Position numbers and translations under genes: made by a program
Notes under the pieces: generated by a model
What the model was told of the DNA's origin: nothing
The model's input: the letters and a program-made list of their open reading frames with translations, nothing else
The model's database searches: none
NCBI GenBank assembly: GCA_039030515.1
Contig: JBCCEA010000057.1
Location: 1-15,911 of the forward strand
Length of the DNA: 15,911 bases
Direction: 5' to 3'
Origin: Myxococcota bacterium
GTDB taxonomy: Bacteria > Myxococcota_A > Polyangia > Polyangiales > Houyiibacteriaceae
Shown: in pieces, positions 1 to 7,710 of the stretch
Numbering within the stretch: position 1 is the first letter of the stretch
How the letters are laid out: the number at the start of each line of letters is the position of its first letter

Positions 1-55
1 CTACTGCGCTCCTGTGCTTCCGGGGCGCTAGCTGTTTCGACCAACCTAAGCCCGC
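1..55. repeat. Palindromic repeat element A, copy 1 (3' half; truncated by the window start)
   Basis: Positions 1-55 are identical to 128-182 (period 127 bp). Confidence 0.95.
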
Positions 56-72
56 GGGGGGGTGGTGAGTGA

Positions 73-185
73 GTCGGCCCAAACAGCTGCTTTCCTCCCA
101 TGCTCGGAGCTTGAAGTAGCCAAACTACTACTGCGCTCCTGTGCTTCCGGGGCGCTAGCTGTTTCGACCAACCTAAGCCCGCTGG
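73..185. repeat. Palindromic repeat element A, copy 2 (REP/MITE-like; lacks the outer about 13 bp of the left arm)
   Basis: 73-153 matches 15831-15911 at 80/81 positions. Nested stems: aaacagct(81-88)/agctgttt(157-164), ggagc(106-110)/gctcc(135-139) and a central agtag-ccaaa-ctact hairpin. The repeat is certain; the REP/MITE class is inferred. Confidence 0.9.
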
Positions 186-268
186 GGCGAGGAGGAGGGT
201 ACACATTGGTACCTGACGACGAGGCGCAAGGTGGTAGCGGCGCTATGGCGTGCCTGGGCGGTCGCGGG

Positions 269-2164
269 CTAGGGGGTCTGAATCGCCGTAGACGCAGTCC
301 CACTAGCGCCGTCACCGGGACCCAGCCGCTCAAAGATTGCACTGACCACGGTTTCCATATCCGCCTCGACCAGGCCGAGAAGCTGGGCGCCGCGGACGAC
401 ACGAAGGTCGGCAACCCTTCGCTCGACGTCTCCGCTTGGAAAGCCTTGCTGCTCTGCCAAAGCATTGGCGAAACAAATCACGTTCGAGACCGACCCGGCC
501 GCCGAGTCGTCGAAATCGTTGCCTCGACGAATCGCGGTGACTACCTGCGCCGGTAAATTCCAAGAGCTCGCGAGACTCTCACCGATGGCGCAAAAACAAG
601 ACTCGACGACATTTTGCCAGACGGAGGAGGTCATCCACTTGCTGTCTTCGCGCGTGATCATGCGTTCCGCCTCCAGCAGGAGCGCTCCGACGATCGGTTT
701 GCCGGCCTCATGAAGCAGACCGGCGATGTAGGCCTGCTCGGGCTCACTTGCCCCGATTCGTTGCGCTGTTTTTCGCGCTGCGGTCGCAACAGCGATCGAA
801 TGCTTCCAGATTCCCTGAAAAGACTGACGAATGCGGGGATTCTTTGAGTTGAAGACGGTGACCGCCGAAGCCTCGATCAAAATAGATTCGAGCTGGCGAC
901 TTCCGAGTCGTGAGGCGGCCTGCTCTAGAGTGTTGGCTCGCGTGGCCCCTCCATAAATGGCGCTATTGGCCCGCCGCAGCACCAGGCTCGCCAACATAGG
1001 GTCGCCCTCCAGTGCATTGGATACCTGGCTGTAGGTAAACTGAGGCCTCCGCAGAACGTTGAGACAATTAATGGCGGCCGACGGCATGACCGGAAGCTTG
1101 AGGCGACCGCCTTCCAAACGTTCGATCACGATGTTTTCGAGCTTGCCCGCAACCCGCTTGGGCTCGGCCACGGTGACCAGCTTCTCCTGGTCTAGATCCT
1201 CGTCGATCTCGTCTGGAACTTCGTCGAAGGGCTCCTCAAGCGGCGCTAGAGCGCCCTCAGACTTGAGTGGTTCCGAAGGCGTTTTTATCGCCGAGGCCCC
1301 AGGAGAGGCCGATTCCGATTCGAATGCATCCGGTCCGTCTTGCAAGGCCGCACGCAGGGTCGCCATCGACTCAAAGCGATCCTCTGGACGCTTGGCCAGG
1401 GTTCTCAGCACGAGTTGCTCTAACCAGGGAGAGACTTCCTGACGATGCTCGCGGAGCGGCTTCGGAGTTTCGCTGCAGTGGGCGAGTACGAGCTGGCCTA
1501 GGTGTTCGCTGGTAAACGGTACCGTGCCGGTAAGCATCTCGTAGCAAACGATCCCGAGGGAGTAGACGTCGGAGCGATGATCGAGATCTGCCGAACCGAT
1601 GGCTTGCTCCGGCGACATATACCCTGGGGTACCGATCAACGTGCCGGGGATGGTCCGCCCTCCGGTTTCTTCTCGGACGAGTTTGGCGATACCAAAATCG
1701 AGCACTTTGACGAAGTTGGGATAGTCAGGATGGTTGGTCAGGAAGATATTTTCAGGCTTGAGATCTCGGTGAACTACGCCCTTTTCATGGGCAGCACCGA
1801 CGGCCGCGGCAATCTGCATCACCATCGCAACGACATCTTCCTCCGGCAGCGGACCGAGACGCGCCATCCTCTCCTGCAGGGTTTCCCCCTCGAGGAGCTC
1901 CATGACGATGTAGTAGCGCTCTTCAAGCTGACCGAAATCGGTGATTTCAACGATGTTCGGATGCCGAATCTCGTTGACTGACCGCGCTTCCGCTAAAAAT
2001 CGCTCGACCACTTCGGCATTGGCGGAAAATTCACTCCGAATGAACTTGATGGCAGCACGTCTGGCGATGGTGGTGTGCTCTGCGAAAAACACTTCACCCA
2101 TCCCGCCGGCACCAAGCTCGGTGACGATCCGATAACTACCAACGATGCTGCCGTTCTCAAGCAT
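269..2164 (-). CDS. Hanks-type Ser/Thr protein kinase fused to a C-terminal HDOD domain (631 aa)
   Basis: Kinase motifs LGAGGMGEV, AAIK, HRDLKPEN, DFG, GTPGYMSPE and DVYSLG. An acidic/Pro linker is followed by HDOD hallmarks LPVMP, DPMLASLVLRRANSAIYG, AASRLG, WKHSIAVA and AYIAGLLHEAGK. No transmembrane segment is evident. Confidence 0.92.
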   Translation of the reverse strand: MLENGSIVGSYRIVTELGAGGMGEVFFAEHTTIARRAAIKFIRSEFSANAEVVERFLAEARSVNEIRHPNIVEITDFGQLEERYYIVMELLEGETLQERMARLGPLPEEDVVAMVMQIAAAVGAAHEKGVVHRDLKPENIFLTNHPDYPNFVKVLDFGIAKLVREETGGRTIPGTLIGTPGYMSPEQAIGSADLDHRSDVYSLGIVCYEMLTGTVPFTSEHLGQLVLAHCSETPKPLREHRQEVSPWLEQLVLRTLAKRPEDRFESMATLRAALQDGPDAFESESASPGASAIKTPSEPLKSEGALAPLEEPFDEVPDEIDEDLDQEKLVTVAEPKRVAGKLENIVIERLEGGRLKLPVMPSAAINCLNVLRRPQFTYSQVSNALEGDPMLASLVLRRANSAIYGGATRANTLEQAASRLGSRQLESILIEASAVTVFNSKNPRIRQSFQGIWKHSIAVATAARKTAQRIGASEPEQAYIAGLLHEAGKPIVGALLLEAERMITREDSKWMTSSVWQNVVESCFCAIGESLASSWNLPAQVVTAIRRGNDFDDSAAGSVSNVICFANALAEQQGFPSGDVERRVADLRVVRGAQLLGLVEADMETVVSAIFERLGPGDGASGTASTAIQTP

Positions 2165-2331
2165 ATCCAGCGGGCCGATATTCTGCGAGATGTAGTCGAT
2201 TGTCGGACCTAGGATGCGCCAATCGAAAGCATCTCTCGGTACTATCTCATACTCCGAGCTGCCTACGCATCAGAGGATCGGTCGTTTGACTGCAACCTTG
2301 AGCCATGCGCTACGTGCCCATCTCGTCTTCA

Positions 2332-4761
2332 CTAGGTCTCACCGTGTTCATCAAATCCCAATCTGCTGGGGTACTGGGATACCCGCATGATGAACTTGGC
2401 TAAAGACTCGCAGAAATGCCCCCCCACTCGATGCGGGACCTGGTTTGCAGAGACTGACCGGAGTCTGAAGGGTCGATGTTCTGAAACGTCTGCGGAGGCG
2501 AGCGCGTGAAGCAGGGTAAAGACCAAACTCGGATCCAACTGTGTTTCTCTCTGTTCCACCGGCGGCGTCTGCAGTCTCGGCACAACAGGGCGACTATGGA
2601 CAGGACCCCTCGTTCCTGGGACCCGCGCCTTCAGGGCAGATCTAGGGAGCAACACGGGTCCGGAAGGCAGGGCAAAGCCAGGCAAAAAGGCAGGGTCAAG
2701 AGGCGGAACGGATCCAAAACACTCCACAAAATCGACAGGCAGGGCACATAGTCGCCGGCGAATTTCCTCAAGCCGGGGGATCAAGATACTCGAGTCGATA
2801 AACCACGCAGGCCAAAAACCAAAGCATTCTCGGACGGCTCTTTGGAGTCTGGATTGTAGTTCTGGGGAGCGCGAGGATGCTTGGACGATCTCGAGGGTCA
2901 GATCGATGCGTCTTTTGGCTTCATGCCCAGCCACCTCAGCCAAATTTTTTAGATAAGGCTCGGGTAGTGGAACCTCAGACTGACTTAGAAACTGATGAGG
3001 CAGGATGCGACGCCAGGGTCGCCCATAGGGTTCTTGAACCGCAAACACATTGAGTTCGTCATCGGGCGACACCAAGCCTGGAATGAGACGTTCCTGTCTA
3101 GGACTTGTAGGATCCGAGAATCCAACGCTCCGAACCGGTGGTCCGCACGAAGCCTCTAATGCGACATGTCCCCACGCTGGCTCCATGGAAGGCGTGTCTT
3201 CTTGGTTGAAGGCGATGAGCGCCAAACGGTTCACGCAGTGTCTTAAGCAGCACTCTGAGTAGCTCAGAGTGCTGTCGACAAAATCGATCACTTGTTTCGC
3301 TGTTTGGGGGTTTGCGCGATTCGAGGTCTTTTGGACGTACCCTAACGTCCACTGCCTCTCCTTATAAGCAAGATCACGCACTCGAGAGACAACTGAATTA
3401 ATCGCTTTGCGAAGCAGGACCGTGGATTGCGTCATTGGGTCTTGAGCGCCGAGATTGTTTGTATCAGATGCATCGTCCAGGGCGTCATCTCCGACTCGAA
3501 AATAAAATCGAAAGCCGTTTTCGGTTTTGACGATAGCGCCTTTTGGTTTACCGAGCGGAGACAGGTCTGTGTCGGGATGTTCCGCTTGCCGCCAAGACCT
3601 ACTCGCGTTTTGTTTGCTACTCGCAGCCCAGCTCAATCTGCGAAGAGTCGATTCTTTGCGAGTGCACCGAACCACGTGATGCAACTCGCACCGAATTGTA
3701 GAACCATCAGACATCTCGTCGGCTCGCAACCCGAGCTTCTGGGTCATCTTGACGGACGAAAAAACCCATGCTTGCAGCAGTCCCTCGTTCCAGTCGAGAA
3801 TGTTTTCCAGATTTTCGACATACCTCCCATCCTTGAAACCATGCGGGGCAGCGGATGAGGTTCCGACTGGGCGAAAAGCCGTCCCTGTTTGAGGGAGACA
3901 GCACAGCCGCTCGAACAAGGGGAGCGAACTCCGACACGAATCAGTCGAGCCAGAGGTAAAGGGGTGCTGTGGCTGTGAAGGCGGAAGACATTCGAGGATC
4001 CGGACTTGAGTCGATTGGCGTGCACTCAGAGCATGAGGTGGACGCCCATTGGAATGGGTTGGGCACGCTTTGGAGCGGTTGTCATTGGGAGGCGGAACCG
4101 ACAGTGGATCCCGCTTTGAGCACGTCGCCACACCGGACCGAAACACGCTTGCCCGATTGGATAGCGCGCCTTGCGCATCGAGTAGCGATTTGAGAGCCGC
4201 CTTGAGGGGAGAAAACTGATAAAGATGCGTTTTTTGTTGTTCTCGGAACCGACAACACCGATCGATAAAACACTTCACAGAAACGTCAAAGGCAGCCCAG
4301 GCGGAAGAAGAAGAGATCCTTAGGCTCCCCATCGGTCCGCTACGCTTGGCACTATCGACAAACTTCGACGACCACACGTAAAAGCAAACTGCGAGTTCGC
4401 CAAAAATGCGTAGACGCTCCAGATTCAGATGCGAAGAGTCTCGCTGCAAAGAAGAGCTCGCCGCGCGATAGCAATCGAAGAGCTGGTCCATAATTCTTAT
4501 AGGGTTGTAGTCCTTGGTTTCGTAGATGGGTAAACCGCTTGAATATGATTGAAATAGGATAAGACGATCACGCACTTCTCGACCGAGAGTAAGAAAGCTG
4601 TCAAGACGGCGAAGCGGGGAGTCTGGACGAATCACGTCACCGAAGAGACATCTGTGCAAATCAGTCCAAGCAGCTTCGAGCTCCGTCGAATCTGGACTTG
4701 TGAGTTGTGAAAGGCTGAGCGGACCGTACTGCATATTCGTCATGTCTACGTATTCGCCCAA
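2332..4761 (-). CDS. Hypothetical protein, 809 aa (paralogue A of an unrecognised tandem pair); TTG start, alternative ATG at 4743
   Basis: A 2.4 kb uninterrupted ORF with an AGGA-like purine stretch upstream, starting 21 bp after the stop of the upstream ORF. It shows colinear similarity to 4783..6912. No family recognised. Confidence 0.8.
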   Translation of the reverse strand: MGEYVDMTNMQYGPLSLSQLTSPDSTELEAAWTDLHRCLFGDVIRPDSPLRRLDSFLTLGREVRDRLILFQSYSSGLPIYETKDYNPIRIMDQLFDCYRAASSSLQRDSSHLNLERLRIFGELAVCFYVWSSKFVDSAKRSGPMGSLRISSSSAWAAFDVSVKCFIDRCCRFREQQKTHLYQFSPLKAALKSLLDAQGALSNRASVFRSGVATCSKRDPLSVPPPNDNRSKACPTHSNGRPPHALSARQSTQVRILECLPPSQPQHPFTSGSTDSCRSSLPLFERLCCLPQTGTAFRPVGTSSAAPHGFKDGRYVENLENILDWNEGLLQAWVFSSVKMTQKLGLRADEMSDGSTIRCELHHVVRCTRKESTLRRLSWAASSKQNASRSWRQAEHPDTDLSPLGKPKGAIVKTENGFRFYFRVGDDALDDASDTNNLGAQDPMTQSTVLLRKAINSVVSRVRDLAYKERQWTLGYVQKTSNRANPQTAKQVIDFVDSTLSYSECCLRHCVNRLALIAFNQEDTPSMEPAWGHVALEASCGPPVRSVGFSDPTSPRQERLIPGLVSPDDELNVFAVQEPYGRPWRRILPHQFLSQSEVPLPEPYLKNLAEVAGHEAKRRIDLTLEIVQASSRSPELQSRLQRAVRECFGFWPAWFIDSSILIPRLEEIRRRLCALPVDFVECFGSVPPLDPAFLPGFALPSGPVLLPRSALKARVPGTRGPVHSRPVVPRLQTPPVEQRETQLDPSLVFTLLHALASADVSEHRPFRLRSVSANQVPHRVGGHFCESLAKFIMRVSQYPSRLGFDEHGET

Positions 4762-4782
4762 GCCTTCCTATTAATTTGCTTG

Positions 4783-6912
4783 TTAATCGCTCGTGGTGCC
4801 CCATTCGAGGACGAACTGAGTCACGTTCTTGGGTGAAATTCGCTCCCTCATCATCTCGCTAGTTAAGTTCCATCGGAGCACCTTAGTCGCGAGTGCAAAG
4901 ATTAGTTCACGGACGAAACGTGGCTCCAAATCAGGCTGACCGTGGCTGTACGACGTATGCTCAGCAGAGGCTTGCTCATCTCGCTGATATTGGGCAACTT
5001 GGTCGATCATTCCTTGCAGACTATGTTGCAGTTTCGGAGTGTCGTTAGCGCCCTTGAAGTAGTGAGGCATCATATGGGGATTACGAGTCAGTGTATTTTT
5101 CGCAGACTGCATCTGTGCGATGGCCAGATCGCCTGCGAGCAGGACCATTTGCTTGATGTGTTCGCTTTCAAATCCTCTCTGACCAATCGACGAGCCTTCA
5201 GGGATCCACGAAGGCGGAGGCGTCCCCTCTGTAGCGTAGGGACCGGCATTGGGCAGGATCCAGCGTATCGAAGTGCTTACTAGACCATAAGCTTGTGGTG
5301 CGGCAGCGCCGCTCGTTGGTGCCAGGCTATTACTTGGTGGCAGCTCGCTCGTAAAACGAACACTTTTCGAGGCGGGGTAAGTTCGAGGGTCATGGCTATT
5401 GAGCTGCCTGCGCGAACGTTCGGCTTGACGATGAAGTGTACCTGCTGGATTGCCGCGAGGCTCTGTGCGTTCTGTCGCGATATGACTTCTTAAGGCAGAG
5501 GCAAAACGACATGCGGACTTGTTCAGAATTATCGCCGCGTCCCGGAGCTCGGAAAGGACGCCTCGCTGTTCGTTTGTGAGATGGGCTTTTTTTCGACCTG
5601 CAGCTTTAGCCAGAAAAAGAGTCAGATCCTTTATCGGTATCGAAAGAGACACGATCGCCTGAATAAGGGCGCTCGACCTATCGTGCAATAAGCTCATCCA
5701 TTCCGGACTGCACTCTGGCCGGCCCGCTGCATCGCTAAAGCGGCAGAACATGATCGCCCTGCGGGCACCCTCAACAGTTTCCACCAGTGCCACTGATCCG
5801 GTCAGATCACGTGGGAGAAAATCGCTGATGCTGGAGACAGGTTGCTTGTAATCGCGTTTAGGGTCGAATTCCTGCACCCGATCATCGGTATCGCTCCAAG
5901 GATTCCTCATCGCCTTTCCGGCAGTCCACCTGAATGAATGGAAACCATCGCACTTGGGATCTCTCACCATGAAAGCGTCGAGATTGTAGTTTATCGTTCG
6001 GTCCGCAATTCGTTTGGGGAGCGAGAGACATTTAAACTCGATCGGTACCGACCAACGCTCGACCCAGGGAGAGGAAATCCACGCACGCCTGAACGCCTGA
6101 AAATCACTGAGTGATCCTAGTATCATTGAACTCGACACCCCTATCGCAGGGGGGAGGTTATGCGCTTCACCCAACCAAAGAAGACCCTCAGTGAGGCAGA
6201 GTAGTTGCTCCGCACTCTGGCTCACTATAGTTGATTGTCCGCCCTGGGCACTTCCAGCCCCAGCATGCTGCCATTGTGGCCCAATCGGAGTCTGTGACGG
6301 CGGCGGTGGAGCTTTGTATTTTAACAAGCAATCGCGGAAGTATTCTGCATGAATCTCGGTTAGCAGCCGGGCCCCTAAAAGCGAGACGCGAGGCAACCTC
6401 AGTTTCGGTTTCCCCTCGGTGGGGCGACGCGGAGGCGAAGATGCCTTCCCGCAGTCCACATCGAGCTCAGACAAAAGAAGAACCAGGCAATGCTGAATCT
6501 CAGTTAGGCGTGTATGTTGAGGACTGAGTGACTGCTGACTAAGAGCCTGGGCATCGCGGGCGAAGTGAGACGCCTGAGCCGAGTGAGGAGCATGGCCTAT
6601 GCCCTTTTCAAGAGTGCCGAGTTGCTCTCTGACGCTTTTGTATATCGACAGCAGCTTTGTAAGCAGCTCGTGCATTGACTGGATCAGCTGTGAACTTGCC
6701 GAGTCAGACTCCGGATATTCTTCCTTCTCAGCTACCCATTCAATCCATTTGTCGAATGAATCACTCAGTTGATTCAACTCACTTTGCAAAGTGGGGCTAT
6801 TCGGTGTGCCCTCTAAACAACACTGTTTGGCTAAGTCGAGTAGAGCGTTCCAAACACGCTTCAGCACTTCTGATCGCCTATTCTGTGATCGCCTATTCTG
6901 CGGGCTCATCAT
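4783..6912 (-). CDS. Hypothetical protein, about 709 aa (paralogue B); ATG at 6912 or 6909 preferred over TTG at 6942
   Basis: A 2.1 kb uninterrupted ORF with an in-frame 15-bp tandem duplication near the N-terminus and colinear similarity to 2332..4761. No family recognised; the start is uncertain. Confidence 0.8.
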   Translation of the reverse strand: MMSPQNRRSQNRRSEVLKRVWNALLDLAKQCCLEGTPNSPTLQSELNQLSDSFDKWIEWVAEKEEYPESDSASSQLIQSMHELLTKLLSIYKSVREQLGTLEKGIGHAPHSAQASHFARDAQALSQQSLSPQHTRLTEIQHCLVLLLSELDVDCGKASSPPRRPTEGKPKLRLPRVSLLGARLLTEIHAEYFRDCLLKYKAPPPPSQTPIGPQWQHAGAGSAQGGQSTIVSQSAEQLLCLTEGLLWLGEAHNLPPAIGVSSSMILGSLSDFQAFRRAWISSPWVERWSVPIEFKCLSLPKRIADRTINYNLDAFMVRDPKCDGFHSFRWTAGKAMRNPWSDTDDRVQEFDPKRDYKQPVSSISDFLPRDLTGSVALVETVEGARRAIMFCRFSDAAGRPECSPEWMSLLHDRSSALIQAIVSLSIPIKDLTLFLAKAAGRKKAHLTNEQRGVLSELRDAAIILNKSACRFASALRSHIATERTEPRGNPAGTLHRQAERSRRQLNSHDPRTYPASKSVRFTSELPPSNSLAPTSGAAAPQAYGLVSTSIRWILPNAGPYATEGTPPPSWIPEGSSIGQRGFESEHIKQMVLLAGDLAIAQMQSAKNTLTRNPHMMPHYFKGANDTPKLQHSLQGMIDQVAQYQRDEQASAEHTSYSHGQPDLEPRFVRELIFALATKVLRWNLTSEMMRERISPKNVTQFVLEWGTTSD
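6871..6900. repeat. Perfect 2 x 15 bp tandem duplication (tgatcgcctattctg), encoding QNRRS-QNRRS
   Basis: Read directly from the sequence. Confidence 0.95.
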
Positions 6913-7163
6913 CGTGAGGCTGACTGAAACGGCAGGCAGCAATGCAGCGACTGTCGAGATGCCAGCGATCTATCGCGACTCATACGAGCACTCGATTTCA
7001 CAGCAGAAGTCGCTTCCACAAAAGTCGGGTGCGGTATGTCGACAACGCTCGAGACGTTTCGTTATTCATGAGGCTTACACACTCTAAGGCCTAATCTAGC
7101 ATCGAATATCGGAAGCGCGAACGGCGCTCTCTTGGTGCGTAGTGAGAGAAACGCTAGGCAGCG

Positions 7164-7290
7164 CGACCACCGGCCGGGACTTATCGGGCAGGCGCGAAGC
7201 TCCGCAGCCGCCTTGCGAACCTGAGCATCGCAGATCGAGAGCCCGGCAACCGCGGGACCGTCAGGGCATCAAGACTGCCCCGACTGGTCG
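7164..7290 (+). other. Intergenic structured element (candidate ncRNA or degenerate palindromic repeat)
   Basis: Stem gccggg(7173-78)/cccggc(7242-47) encloses cagg/cctg and cgcga/ttgcg stems with G-U pairs on the + strand. A second hairpin is gtcagggca(7260-68)/tgccccgac(7276-84), and cgacca(7164-69)/tggtcg(7285-90) may close the structure. Confidence 0.35.
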
Positions 7291-7710
7291 AGACTCTTGG
7301 AATTTGGCCGGTAGCCTGAAGACCAACCGGACGATCGGCCCGCAGAATGCGATTCCGGTTGGGGCGAATAGACCCCAGTGATCCCATCGAATGCGCACCT
7401 ACACCTGCAGGGCCAAATGAAGATGTATTTCAGTCGATTACAGATATCGCGAACCTGAGACTGGGGTGAGAAAACTCCACCCGTGCACACGAGTGACCAA
7501 TAAAGTAGCCGCTTATTTATAATTCGATTCCTGCCCACGGCGCAATAAGCGCGCTATAGTACCTATTCAAGCGATTCGAATGCTCAGAATCCGACTGAAA
7601 CCCGAGACAAAAAGATACTTAGGCGTCAATAACGCGCGAATAAACACAAAATTGTGATTTACGAAACTCGATCCTCTCACAAGACCGTAAGACCTCCTAT
7701 AGTTTGCAAG

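Noticed and set aside
1..185. CRISPR array
   Set aside because: The unit is about 110-125 bp with a single 17-nt gap, far outside CRISPR repeat and spacer dimensions, and there are no cas genes.
226..256. Hairpin aggcgc...tagc-ggc-gcta...gtgcct as a terminator for the kinase-HDOD gene
   Set aside because: The stem is interrupted, relies on a + strand G-U pair, and has no U-tract on the minus strand.
46..556. ORFs 46..465(-) and 62..556(+)
   Set aside because: They run through the palindromic repeat and overlap the kinase-HDOD gene, and have no protein-like features.
7180..7270. SAM-I riboswitch (CTTATC ... GCCCGGCAACC)
   Set aside because: Two short consensus-like words are present, but the AGAG/GAGGGA..GGCCC core, the GGTGC..AATTCC segment and the closing GAT(A/G)AG are missing. 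There is no downstream methionine or sulfur gene.
7450..7490. TPP riboswitch (GAACCTGA, CTGAGA and GGGGTG words)
   Set aside because: The motifs are in the wrong order and the GGATAATGCC/GCGTAGGGA part is absent.
7142..7538. Small ORFs in the divergent intergenic region
   Set aside because: They overlap each other, lack clear ribosome-binding sites or recognisable motifs, and coincide with the hairpin-rich DNA.
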